A stretch of DNA of 36,278 nucleotides from Leptospirales bacterium (GCA_040326155.1 JBEQLE010000043.1:1-36278); one strand, 5' to 3'. Numbered from the stretch's first letter, positions 16,347 to 26,624 are shown. Program-made: numbers and translations. Notes: a model not told the origin generated them from the letters alone.

Positions 16347-19300
16347 ATGTTAAAAATCGGAGAAGAACCAAGTGGCTTCACCTTGAATGTTTACGGTCTA
16401 CCGGGGCAAAGCGTCAATTTTTCAAAAAGCACTTTTGGCAACGTAACAAGTGTAGTATCGTTTATCGACCTTGAAAACAGCGACAAAAACCAGGGGTGGT
16501 ACTGGGTGAACCGGTTAAGCGCCCTCGCAGACATCCATACCGGCATGAAGTTTTATGCCATCATGTTTAAAAGTTCTGGCGCGGCCGTTTCTGATCAAGA
16601 TATAAGCGGCAAAAAAGACGCATCCACTACAATCAACGCCAAGCTGATAATATTAAAAGATACAACTTTTAACACTCCAGGCGCGGCAAACACATACCAA
16701 CAAGGCTTTCTTGCCTCTAACGATAATTCGTTTGGCACCATTGATTACGCAAAAGTTTTTACGTATATAGTCGACGCAAAATATTTTATCACCGACAAAT
16801 GGTCATACGATAGCTCTGCCAGTGACCACCCGATTTCTTTTCGCCAGATTCCCGACCCAGGGGTGGGCGCATATGACAGCTCCAAATTCGATATTACAAA
16901 AACTTATTTAAAGATACGTCTGGCAAATCTTATTGCAGCGCCGAGAATATTAACGATTACACCCGATCCGGGCAATCCGAAAGTGGCGATAAATACATTG
17001 GGTCAGGTAAAAATCGCTTTTTCAAAGCCCATGGGTTCCAAAGCGGCCGCCGATACCGTTTTCAATACCGGGCAGGTAACGACAGTAAGCAATTACCCGA
17101 TAACGGGCGATGCCACGATAACCGGTATTCCACATGTTGATACCGCGATTTATAACAGCGACGGCTTAAGAGTCGACAATATTGAAAACGTGGGAAAAAT
17201 CGAAAACGTAGTTACGCTAAACACGATAACACAACTCGTCGGCGCGGGTCACCTTTATCTCGACGTATTAAATACCGTAGTTGATGCCAACGGCGTATCG
17301 ATTACCCTTAGTACTACGACCTACCTTGTCGATGCGGTAGAGGCTCTCCCTGAAATTACAAACATAAATATTGTTTCTACCACAGCCGCGCCCAACAATT
17401 TTATAAAAGTAGACGAAACGGCAACCCTTACCTTCAAGGCATCTGAAACGTTAGACAATACGTTATCAGTAGAAATAGGCGGGCAAACAGCGACTATCAG
17501 CGGGCCTGACGCATTGCTTAATTACACGGCGACGCTCGATATCACGGCGACAAACAAAGACTCCATTGCCGAAGGCGCCTTATCGTACGCAATTAACAGT
17601 ATAACCAATGGAACAAGCACGTCTTATGACATAACAGAACCGAGCTCTTCGTTAACCTTCTATAAGACAACGCCTGTAATCACAGAGCTAAATGTAATTA
17701 CTGACAATACTCTTCCAAAAACCCAAATAAAATTGAAGGTAACTTTTAACAGGGGCGTTTATTCTGCCATCGGGGCAAGCGGCGCGCTTACAAACGCCAA
17801 CTTTTCTATTAATTTTACCACAACCGCAAACGCAACGATCGCGGAGGTTCTATCGACCGATTTTAACCACTCAGGCGGCGGAAGCACGGCCATTTTTATA
17901 ATTAATTGCGACAAACCGCCAAACGGAACAGAGGTGGTTCAGGTTCAACCGGCTAACGATATATACGATGCAGCCGGTAACATTCTTCAAAATGATGTGG
18001 CCTACCCAACCGCCACTTTAGACGACCGCTTGGCGCCAACGCTAAACACCGTTAGCATATCTTCGAACAATGCAGCTAACCAATATGCGCATGGTAGGGA
18101 CACAATTACATTGACATTTGCGGCACTTGAAGATATATCGACGCCCACAGTAACTTTCATGAACAGCAAACCTCCGTTTACTCTTACAGGGGGGCCCAAA
18201 TCATGGACTGCAACTTACAAGATGGATCCGGCGAGCGACAACGAAGGTCAGGTTTCTTTCGAGATCTCCAATGTTACGGACGGCACAAATACCAACCCAA
18301 ATACTTTTACCGGAACCATGGACAATACGGCTGTGTACTATCTGAAAACGGCGCCGGTAGTTACCGACACTAAAGTAAGTCCGCAAAACGATTATATTGA
18401 TCTAACGTTTAACCGACCCGTCTACCCCGCACCGGGGGCAAGCGGCACTCTCGACGCAAGCGATTTTACTTTTGGCTTCCAAAACCCGGGCACAAGCGGC
18501 GCGACTGCAAACATGGGTACGGTGGAGCAGACAGCAGATCCGAACATAATTAGAATCTATTTAGATGTAACCGGCACCCCCGACGGGCAAGAGGTGGTTA
18601 CCATCACCGTTAATGCAGATTCGGTGTACGACGGAGCAGGAAACGCCGCAGCCACAGGCGATCACAGCGGTTACTTGCATAATACGGTAAATCCCGCCGA
18701 TGTTTACCTGCGAGATACTATCAGCGATGACGGCAGCAGTTTTACCACCCAGCCACAATGGAAAAGCCCCGACATTCTGGTTTTTAACTATGATCCCGGT
18801 AATAATTTACAGTCTTTGTACGGGGATAATAATATAAACAAAGTTAATATTGGCACAGCGATTGAATATGGTCAGCCAAACTATATTGTATTGCGCGCTC
18901 GAAACCGAGGGGGGGAATTAGCCCGCAATGTAAAGGCCACCGTTTATTACCATAAATTCAGCCCCAGCCATTCCTTTTTGCCAACCACCTGGGGAAAAGT
19001 TGGAACAATCACATGGACGCAGGATATTGCCCCCAACATGACAAATTTAATTGTATCCGATAAATTTGAATGGGCTACAGCCGATATTCCTACCGTCGGG
19101 CATTACTGCTTGATTGCCATAATCGAATGCAACGACGACCCTGCACCCACATGGGAAGAGATTACGGCGACAGTTGTAGACAGGCAAAGCTTTAAAAATT
19201 TTATTAAAGCTGAAAACGATGTTGCGCAAAGAAATGTTAATATTATAAACAAAGTAAAATTATTAAAGCGCAGCATGTCAGTAAAAAAAGTGCAAGCTAC

Positions 19301-19844
19301 GCCCGACGGCAAATACCCCGAGGGCTTTCACATTCTTCCCTTTGAAGTTGGAGCCGGTTCAAACATACAGAAAACCCACAATATAGATATTGCCTTGAGC
19401 ATAGAGTTGCCTGCAGGCTCTATTGCATTTTTGGAAATGCCCACCCATTTGACAGAAAAATTGAAATATTCCGCCGACCAGGGCAAGTGGCAAATTAATA
19501 AACTAGCAAATATCAAGGTCATTAAACATGATAAGGTGAAAAAAACCACCTGGGCTCACGTAAACCTCGCCAACAGAAACCTGTTTAAAGGATTTGAATT
19601 AAAACCCACCGATAAATATGAGTTTAAACTTGGCGTACAAATACCGGAAAAAGATTTCAACAAGCGGTATACGGCAAGAGCCACACAGTACACAAATCAA
19701 GAAAATATAGGCAGTGTAAGCTGGCAAATCGGGGGTGGCTGGAACAAACCCGACAAACCGAACATTTTATACAGGGGAATCGAAAAATTCGCCCGGTTGT
19801 TCACAAGAAAGGAAATTCCCCCTACGCACTGGGAAAACCGATGA
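16347..19844 (+). CDS. Giant Ig-repeat protein 1: Cys-less redoxin-like module, Ig cap, 2 A-B Ig pairs, DVYxRD/SPDI domain, basic tail
   Basis: 1165 aa, no signal peptide, paralogous along its length to the next two genes. Confidence 0.85.
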   Translation: MLKIGEEPSGFTLNVYGLPGQSVNFSKSTFGNVTSVVSFIDLENSDKNQGWYWVNRLSALADIHTGMKFYAIMFKSSGAAVSDQDISGKKDASTTINAKLIILKDTTFNTPGAANTYQQGFLASNDNSFGTIDYAKVFTYIVDAKYFITDKWSYDSSASDHPISFRQIPDPGVGAYDSSKFDITKTYLKIRLANLIAAPRILTITPDPGNPKVAINTLGQVKIAFSKPMGSKAAADTVFNTGQVTTVSNYPITGDATITGIPHVDTAIYNSDGLRVDNIENVGKIENVVTLNTITQLVGAGHLYLDVLNTVVDANGVSITLSTTTYLVDAVEALPEITNINIVSTTAAPNNFIKVDETATLTFKASETLDNTLSVEIGGQTATISGPDALLNYTATLDITATNKDSIAEGALSYAINSITNGTSTSYDITEPSSSLTFYKTTPVITELNVITDNTLPKTQIKLKVTFNRGVYSAIGASGALTNANFSINFTTTANATIAEVLSTDFNHSGGGSTAIFIINCDKPPNGTEVVQVQPANDIYDAAGNILQNDVAYPTATLDDRLAPTLNTVSISSNNAANQYAHGRDTITLTFAALEDISTPTVTFMNSKPPFTLTGGPKSWTATYKMDPASDNEGQVSFEISNVTDGTNTNPNTFTGTMDNTAVYYLKTAPVVTDTKVSPQNDYIDLTFNRPVYPAPGASGTLDASDFTFGFQNPGTSGATANMGTVEQTADPNIIRIYLDVTGTPDGQEVVTITVNADSVYDGAGNAAATGDHSGYLHNTVNPADVYLRDTISDDGSSFTTQPQWKSPDILVFNYDPGNNLQSLYGDNNINKVNIGTAIEYGQPNYIVLRARNRGGELARNVKATVYYHKFSPSHSFLPTTWGKVGTITWTQDIAPNMTNLIVSDKFEWATADIPTVGHYCLIAIIECNDDPAPTWEEITATVVDRQSFKNFIKAENDVAQRNVNIINKVKLLKRSMSVKKVQATPDGKYPEGFHILPFEVGAGSNIQKTHNIDIALSIELPAGSIAFLEMPTHLTEKLKYSADQGKWQINKLANIKVIKHDKVKKTTWAHVNLANRNLFKGFELKPTDKYEFKLGVQIPEKDFNKRYTARATQYTNQENIGSVSWQIGGGWNKPDKPNILYRGIEKFARLFTRKEIPPTHWENR

Positions 19845-19924
19845 TTTATTCAAATAAACCATGAAACTACAGAAACAAAGAAAATACAAAAAAAACTAAA
19901 TTTTGAGAAAAAAAGGAAGCTAAC

Positions 19925-22900
19925 ATGCTAATAGGAAACCAACCAAATAACTTCATACTTGACGTATACGGATTACCCGGTCAGACATTCAATATGTCGC
20001 CAGCCAATTTTGGCGATAAAACAACGCTATTATCGTTTATCGATATTGAAGAGACCGATTCGACCCGGGGCTGGAACTGGATTACAAACTTAAGCGCTAT
20101 AGCCGCGGCTCTTGGCACAAGCGCCCAGGTTTTTGCGATCATCTATAAAAAATCTGGAGGGGCCGTAACCGATACTGACATCAGATCAAAAAGGACTGAC
20201 GTTTCGGTTACCATCGGTGGAGGATTAACGCTTTTAAAAGATATCGATTGGAATGCACCCAGCGCGGGGAAATCATATAAAGATGGTTTTGGCACTGGCG
20301 ACCCTTCTTTTAATCCTCTGGGCGTTGGTACGAACGGTGTCTTTACTTATATAGTATCCAGCCAGTTTTACATTACCGACAAGTGGCATATCGACAGCAC
20401 CAACCAGGCTGACGTATTGTTAAGTGATGCGGCATCTTTTTACCGATATAAAATCGGGGGTTTCTTTTTTAAGAGCCAGGATTTCGCCATTACGCAAACC
20501 TATGTAGAAGAACGCTTAAACGATTTATTTAACGATCCGACGATCAAGCTCACTGACCCAATTATAACCACCGAAGTAAGTGTTTTAACCACAGTTACAA
20601 TTGTATTTTCGAAACCTGTTGGTTTTCTTAACGGCGACGGTACCTTAAACGGCAGCCCGGTGAAAAATTTTACTGCTGTTACAGGTAACTACGATATTAC
20701 CGGAGCAGGCAAAGGAGATCTTCAAATTACCGATATCCAATATGAAAAAATCGGATCAAGATCGATATTAACCAATGTAGGTTTTATAGAAAATGCGGCT
20801 ACGTTAACTCTAAGCGGAACCCCCGGCATCGGCGTGATTAATATTAATTTAAAATCAAATGTAAACGACTTTAACACAATTGTCGACACGAACGGTAACC
20901 CACTTACCGAGTCGTTTGTACCTTACACGGGTGTTGCCATCGAGTCGGTACCACCCACTTTAGACACCGTTTCGATTAGTTCCGATAACCCCAACCCATT
21001 GTATGCCAAAGTGGGCGATACCATTACTTTGCAAATGATAGCCAACGAAGTTATTGAGCAGCCCACGGTAACGATTGGGGATCTAGCTGGAACCGTCACC
21101 TACACCGGCTCAGGCGCAAGCTGGAACGCCGACTACAAAATGGAGTCGGGCGACACCGAGGGGCTGGTAACTTTCCTCATAAGCAATATAGTTGACCTTG
21201 CGGATAATATAGCTCCCGATGTGAACACCGCTACCACTGGTTCGGTAACTTTTATGAAGACCGTGCCTACTATTACATCAGGCGATACTTTAGATCCCGA
21301 CAACACCACTGTTACGGTTACATTTAGTAAAGACGTATATCCCGGTACAGGCGCATCGGGAAACCTATTGCCCGAAGATTTTAACCTAATTTTCAACCAG
21401 AACAGCGGTACTGCAACCAACGCACGTATAAGCGAAGTTCGACGCACTGCGGGTGATACATTCGCACTTACACTTAGCGTAAACCCAGCGGCAAACGGAG
21501 ATGAAACCATCGAGATCAAACCCTTTGCAGGTCAAATTTTCGATGCGGCGGGCAACGTTGCCGAAAATACGACGACCACCGGCGAATTTAACCTCAAAGA
21601 CCACCAGGGTCCCAGTTTGACCTTGGTATCAATCGCCTCGAACAACGCGGCCGGTATGAATTCTTCGTATGCGAAAATCGGCGATACGGTTACGCTGAGC
21701 ATTAATGCAAACGAAGATATTATAGAGCCCATCGTAAAATTCAACAACCAACAACCGGTACCGCTACCGCTGATGGTTAACGGCTCGGGCGCTGCCTGGG
21801 TTGCCAGTTACACTCTGCTAGATACGGATACGGAGGGAAACATCGGGTTTTTAATCAGTAATATAAAAGATACATCTGCGAGGCAAAATACGGCGAACAA
21901 TGTTAACTCCACCACAGGCGGCTCATCGGTCCTTTTTATTAAACCCTCGCCGATTATTACGGGCTGGGTTTTGGCCGACGACAACAGCAACATTACAGTT
22001 GCCTTTGATAAAGCGGTATACACCAGTACGGGGGCCTCGGGCGAATTAACCTTCCTTGATTTTAATTTGGTGTTTACCCAAAATGTGTCAAACGGCGGAA
22101 CGGCGACCAGTGTCGCCATCAGAAATGTCGTGCATACCGCAGACAACCGTACCGCAATTTTATATCTTGATGTAAGCCCTTCGGCAAGCGGTTTCGAGCA
22201 AATCGAGATTACGCCGGTGCAAAACCAGATTTTCGACGCAGCCGGCAACCCCGTTCTTGAAACAACGACAACCGGCCCCGTGCTTCTTAAGGCTTTTTCA
22301 GGGCCTGTATTAAACGTTGTGTCCATTCAGTCTAACAACTATAACGGACTTAACCCTGCGTATGCAAAAGCGCTCGATAAAATTACACTGACCATCAAGG
22401 CAACTAAAGATATTGTAGCGCCTACCGTTCAAATTATGGGGGTAACCCCCGACAGCGTCAACGGTTCGGGAACCGACTGGACAGCAACCTACACAATACT
22501 AGGTTCCGAACTTGAGGGAATAGTGAACTTTGCCATCACTGGTATTTTAGATACCGAAAACCCGGTCAATCCTGGCCTGGCGGGCGTAATCGCGACAAAC
22601 GATGGAACCTCGGTCAATTATATTAAACCTTCGCCGATTATTAGCGTAGGTAATGTTGCGCCTGATAACAGCAAAATAAAGGTAATCTTCAACCGCCCCG
22701 TATATTCAAATCCGGGTGCTATAGGGAACCTGGACATTTCTGATTTTCAAGCCCCGATTTTTAACGCTAATGTCGGCGGCACCGCGACCGGTGTAACTAT
22801 AATCAGCGTCCAACATACGGCCGGAGACTCAAGAGCCGTGCTCTACTTTGATGTCAACCCATCTGCAAGCGGAACGGAAACAATTGAAATACTCCCGCAG

Positions 22901-25900
22901 GCAAACGAGATCTATGACGCGGCCGGCAACCCCGCACTCGATACAACGACAACCGGCGCCCAATCGTTACACGCCTATGACGGGCCGGTCTTAAAAAACG
23001 TCCGGATTTTTGCGGCTAATGCACCCACTCAATACGCTAAAACCGGTGAAACCGTCACCTTGGCATTTGCGGCAAATAAAACGATCAATACTCCGGTTGT
23101 ATCGATAGCAGGCAACGTAGTTGCCGCCTCTTTCAACGGTATAGACTGGATCGCAACCTATACCACAACCAGCAACGACCCTGAAGGATTTATCCGGTTT
23201 TTAATTCGGGATATTACCGACGGTGTAACACCCGCTGCCGATGTTTTTGCAACCACCGACCGCTCTTCGGTAATTTACCAAAAACCGCTACCGGTTATAA
23301 TCGGCGCAGGCCTTTCGAATGATAACACCAAACTATACATTACCTTTGATCGCCCGGTTTATTCGGACAGCAACGCAATAGGTGATCTGGTTATCGGCGA
23401 TTTTAACCTTAGTTTCAACGAAAACGGCGGCCATACGACGGTGGTTAATATTGAGCAAGTTATCCATAAGGCGGGCGAGTCGACCGCGCAACTTAACCTG
23501 TCTTTGGATAACCCGGCGACAAGCGGACAAACAATCGAAGTTAAACCGGCAACCAATCAAATTTACGACGCAGCCGGAAATCTCGCTTCCGATACCGACA
23601 CCACCAACTTAATTGAACTACATGATTTCCATATCCCCGTTTTAGAGCTGGTCGAAATCTACTCCAATAACAATCCAGTCGAATTCGCAAATATCGGCGA
23701 AGTTATAACAGTAGAAATAAAGGCCAACGAAGCTATACAAAAGCCCGTTTTTAAAATTGCGGGGCATACCATTGACCCGGTAGAAGTTAACGGTTCGGGC
23801 ACTTCGTGGAATGCCAGTTACTCGATGGCTTCGGGCGATCCCGAAGGGGAAATTAAGTTTGAAATCAGCAGTATTCGAGACATTGCCGGGAATTCATCGC
23901 CGAATGTCTCGGTTGTTACAGATAACGCTGTACTAAGAAAAGTGGAATTTTATGAAAGTGCCCCGGTTATGGAAACCGCCGAGCTCGAAACCGACAACAG
24001 CTTTGTCAAGGTCACGTTTGATCGCGGCGTATACTCGAACATAGGCGCAATAGATAAATTAGTCAAGGACGATTTTGTCCTTAGTTTTACGGAAAACGGA
24101 AACGGCCTGGATAATCCCGGAAACGCTACCGCTGTAAACATTTCAGATGTTGCTCATGTGGTCGGCGAAAATACTGCCTTCATTTATCTTGACATTACAA
24201 ATACGCCACCCAACAGCAATGAGACCATTACTGTTGGGCCGAAGGCCAATCAAATCTTTGATGGAGCAAGCAACGCCGCCCTCGCGACCAATACACAAGG
24301 TCCGATTTTTCTATATGATTTTCACGGGCCTGTACTGAGCACCGTAAAAATTGAATCGAACAACGCCGCTATAGCTTTTGCCAAAATAGACGACACGATT
24401 ACTTTGACCATAATCGCAAGAGAAGAGATGTTGCAGCCCACGGTAAAAATAGCGACCCATACCCTAGCCATCGCAAACATTCAGCAAGACACATTAAACG
24501 GCACCAGCACGAAAGAAGGATACAATACGCATTGGATTGCGACGTATGATATGGAAGACATTGATGTAGAAGGCGACGTGCCCTTTGAAATCAGCCAACT
24601 TGTAGATCAGCTTGGTAATGTAAACAGTGGTCTATTTTCCACTATTACCGAGGGCAGCAGAGTTACTTTCTACAAAACTGTTCCAAAAATAAATACCACA
24701 TCGCTTGCACCAGGTAACCAATACGTCGATTTAACGTTTAACCGGGTGGTTTATTCAGCCGAGGGAGCAACCGGTGCTTTAACCTCCGACAATTTTAACC
24801 TGACTGTTTTAAGCGTAGGCGGAGCCAGCGTTGTAGCAATAAAGAACATTCCATTCGACCATACCGAAGGTACAAATAGTGTCCGTATTTATCTCACTAT
24901 TACTGGTACGCCCAACGGCTTGGATACAATTAAGATTAATCCGGTTAACGCCGATCCGCTTTGTGTCTACGGACCAGCTGGCAATAAGGCGCTTTCAGCG
25001 GACTCTACCGGTATAATAACGTTGAATGATTTCAAGGGGCCCTCGATCGAAAGCATTTTTGTAGTTTCGAATAATGTGAGAGACAATCAATTTGCAAGAA
25101 CCGGACAGATCATTACCTTGTCGATTCATACGAATGAAGATATAGAAAAGCCCAGCATAAAAATTGCGGGCCATGTCATTGATCCGGAAGATGTTACCGG
25201 CGGCGGTCAAGACTGGCAGGCTACGTATACTTTACAGGCTCCCCCGGTCGATAATGAAGGGTTAATAACCTATTCCATTACCAACATTCAAGACACTTCG
25301 CCGCAAAATAACCTGGGCAACGATATAATCGCTACATCGGGTGTTATGTATTACCCCACAATGCCGTGCATAGTAGGCGGGAATATAGTGGAAGGAAATC
25401 TTTTCATAAACGTAATTTTTAACCGAAGCGTATTTCCCGCTTTGGTTCCAGCAACACCCAAAGATCCCGACAACTATTTTACGTTATTATTAACCCAGCC
25501 CGCAGGTGGAACCCTGACGGCGGCCATGCAACCTCTTGCGACGCCGCCCGATTCGCCTACCATAACCATAGGGCTAGACCTGTCACAGCTGGGTGGTCCT
25601 GGTGAGTTCATTGAAATACAGGCTATATCGGGCACACTCGAAGACATTGCCGGTAATATCATTACCTACGATACCGTAAGCGAATGTGTTACCACAGGCA
25701 AGGTTGCTTTGGCCGATCTATCGTCAGGAACACCTGACGTGTATGTTCGAGACGGAATAGACGATAACGGAACTGTGCCGTCAAAAGGCCAATTGAATAG
25801 TCCCGATATATTGCTGTTTACCAGTTATCCCAACGATGCAACCCTTGAACCGTACAAAGGGCCGAATCCCATCAGTGACAATACAAGTAACCCAAAAATA

Positions 25901-26581
25901 TCAACAACCCAAGATAGCTACATTGTTATTCGTACACGAAACAGGGGCACTGCGGTAGCAACCAATACAAGAGCCACTGCCTACTGGACACACCCGGGTC
26001 ACGGAGCAAATCCTAACCAATGGGAGAAGATTGATAGTGTTTACTTTCCATCGAATATCGCTAATGACGGTTCTTATTATGTTTCCCGTGTATTAACCTG
26101 GCCGCAAGATCAACTTCCTCCTAAGGTGGAATATAGCATAGTTGTAACCGTTGGTTGCGTTGGTGATCCTGAACCTACGACGGCAGAAATGCAACAGATC
26201 AGCAATGAAGGCGAGTTTAAACATTATATACATTATCACAATAATGTCTGTAGTAAAAAAGTACACTTCAGCTCTAGTAACTCTAGTAACTCTGGCCCTG
26301 GTAACTCTGGTAACGCTCCTGGTCACACAGGTAATAACCCTGGTCACTCTGGTGGCAGCCATGGTAACTCTGGTAACGCTCCTGGCCACACAGGTAATAA
26401 CCCTGGTCACTCTGGTGGCAGCCATGGTAACTCTGGTAACGCTCCTGGTCACACAGGAAATAACCCTGGTAAGTCTAGTAGCGCTCCTGGTCACTCAGGT
26501 GACCCTGTTAATACTCCTGCTCCCGCTGGTAAGTCTGGTAAATCACGTAAATCGGGTAAGTCGAGTAAGGGGAAAAAATAA
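19925..26581 (+). CDS. Giant Ig-repeat protein 2: same architecture with 7 A-B Ig pairs and a G/N/S/P/H-rich tail
   Basis: 2218 aa, repeated SNN..YAKxGD and DN..VxFxRxVY..DAAGN units, no signal peptide. Confidence 0.88.
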   Translation: MLIGNQPNNFILDVYGLPGQTFNMSPANFGDKTTLLSFIDIEETDSTRGWNWITNLSAIAAALGTSAQVFAIIYKKSGGAVTDTDIRSKRTDVSVTIGGGLTLLKDIDWNAPSAGKSYKDGFGTGDPSFNPLGVGTNGVFTYIVSSQFYITDKWHIDSTNQADVLLSDAASFYRYKIGGFFFKSQDFAITQTYVEERLNDLFNDPTIKLTDPIITTEVSVLTTVTIVFSKPVGFLNGDGTLNGSPVKNFTAVTGNYDITGAGKGDLQITDIQYEKIGSRSILTNVGFIENAATLTLSGTPGIGVININLKSNVNDFNTIVDTNGNPLTESFVPYTGVAIESVPPTLDTVSISSDNPNPLYAKVGDTITLQMIANEVIEQPTVTIGDLAGTVTYTGSGASWNADYKMESGDTEGLVTFLISNIVDLADNIAPDVNTATTGSVTFMKTVPTITSGDTLDPDNTTVTVTFSKDVYPGTGASGNLLPEDFNLIFNQNSGTATNARISEVRRTAGDTFALTLSVNPAANGDETIEIKPFAGQIFDAAGNVAENTTTTGEFNLKDHQGPSLTLVSIASNNAAGMNSSYAKIGDTVTLSINANEDIIEPIVKFNNQQPVPLPLMVNGSGAAWVASYTLLDTDTEGNIGFLISNIKDTSARQNTANNVNSTTGGSSVLFIKPSPIITGWVLADDNSNITVAFDKAVYTSTGASGELTFLDFNLVFTQNVSNGGTATSVAIRNVVHTADNRTAILYLDVSPSASGFEQIEITPVQNQIFDAAGNPVLETTTTGPVLLKAFSGPVLNVVSIQSNNYNGLNPAYAKALDKITLTIKATKDIVAPTVQIMGVTPDSVNGSGTDWTATYTILGSELEGIVNFAITGILDTENPVNPGLAGVIATNDGTSVNYIKPSPIISVGNVAPDNSKIKVIFNRPVYSNPGAIGNLDISDFQAPIFNANVGGTATGVTIISVQHTAGDSRAVLYFDVNPSASGTETIEILPQANEIYDAAGNPALDTTTTGAQSLHAYDGPVLKNVRIFAANAPTQYAKTGETVTLAFAANKTINTPVVSIAGNVVAASFNGIDWIATYTTTSNDPEGFIRFLIRDITDGVTPAADVFATTDRSSVIYQKPLPVIIGAGLSNDNTKLYITFDRPVYSDSNAIGDLVIGDFNLSFNENGGHTTVVNIEQVIHKAGESTAQLNLSLDNPATSGQTIEVKPATNQIYDAAGNLASDTDTTNLIELHDFHIPVLELVEIYSNNNPVEFANIGEVITVEIKANEAIQKPVFKIAGHTIDPVEVNGSGTSWNASYSMASGDPEGEIKFEISSIRDIAGNSSPNVSVVTDNAVLRKVEFYESAPVMETAELETDNSFVKVTFDRGVYSNIGAIDKLVKDDFVLSFTENGNGLDNPGNATAVNISDVAHVVGENTAFIYLDITNTPPNSNETITVGPKANQIFDGASNAALATNTQGPIFLYDFHGPVLSTVKIESNNAAIAFAKIDDTITLTIIAREEMLQPTVKIATHTLAIANIQQDTLNGTSTKEGYNTHWIATYDMEDIDVEGDVPFEISQLVDQLGNVNSGLFSTITEGSRVTFYKTVPKINTTSLAPGNQYVDLTFNRVVYSAEGATGALTSDNFNLTVLSVGGASVVAIKNIPFDHTEGTNSVRIYLTITGTPNGLDTIKINPVNADPLCVYGPAGNKALSADSTGIITLNDFKGPSIESIFVVSNNVRDNQFARTGQIITLSIHTNEDIEKPSIKIAGHVIDPEDVTGGGQDWQATYTLQAPPVDNEGLITYSITNIQDTSPQNNLGNDIIATSGVMYYPTMPCIVGGNIVEGNLFINVIFNRSVFPALVPATPKDPDNYFTLLLTQPAGGTLTAAMQPLATPPDSPTITIGLDLSQLGGPGEFIEIQAISGTLEDIAGNIITYDTVSECVTTGKVALADLSSGTPDVYVRDGIDDNGTVPSKGQLNSPDILLFTSYPNDATLEPYKGPNPISDNTSNPKISTTQDSYIVIRTRNRGTAVATNTRATAYWTHPGHGANPNQWEKIDSVYFPSNIANDGSYYVSRVLTWPQDQLPPKVEYSIVVTVGCVGDPEPTTAEMQQISNEGEFKHYIHYHNNVCSKKVHFSSSNSSNSGPGNSGNAPGHTGNNPGHSGGSHGNSGNAPGHTGNNPGHSGGSHGNSGNAPGHTGNNPGKSSSAPGHSGDPVNTPAPAGKSGKSRKSGKSSKGKK
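26300..26470 (+). repeat. 63-bp coding tandem repeat (x2.7) encoding GNSGNAPGHTGNNPGHSGGSH
   Basis: Near-identical units start at 26300, 26363 and 26426. Confidence 0.95.
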
Positions 26582-26600
26582 ATACACTCTATAGAAGCAA

Positions 26601-26624
26601 CTGCCCGGGTGTTTACTCGGGTAG
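26601..26624 (+). terminator. Hairpin 20 nt after the 2218-aa gene
   Basis: CTGCCCGGGT-GTTT-ACTCGGGTAG, 10-bp stem with two G-U pairs. Followed by an A-tract rather than a U-tract. Confidence 0.45.

Noticed and set aside
26151..26594. 147-aa VTLVTL-repeat ORF and the antisense TRVTR ORF (26093-26494)
   Set aside because: Alternative-frame shadows of the GGTAAC/CCTGGT tandem repeat in the 2218-aa gene, with no RBS or independent evidence.
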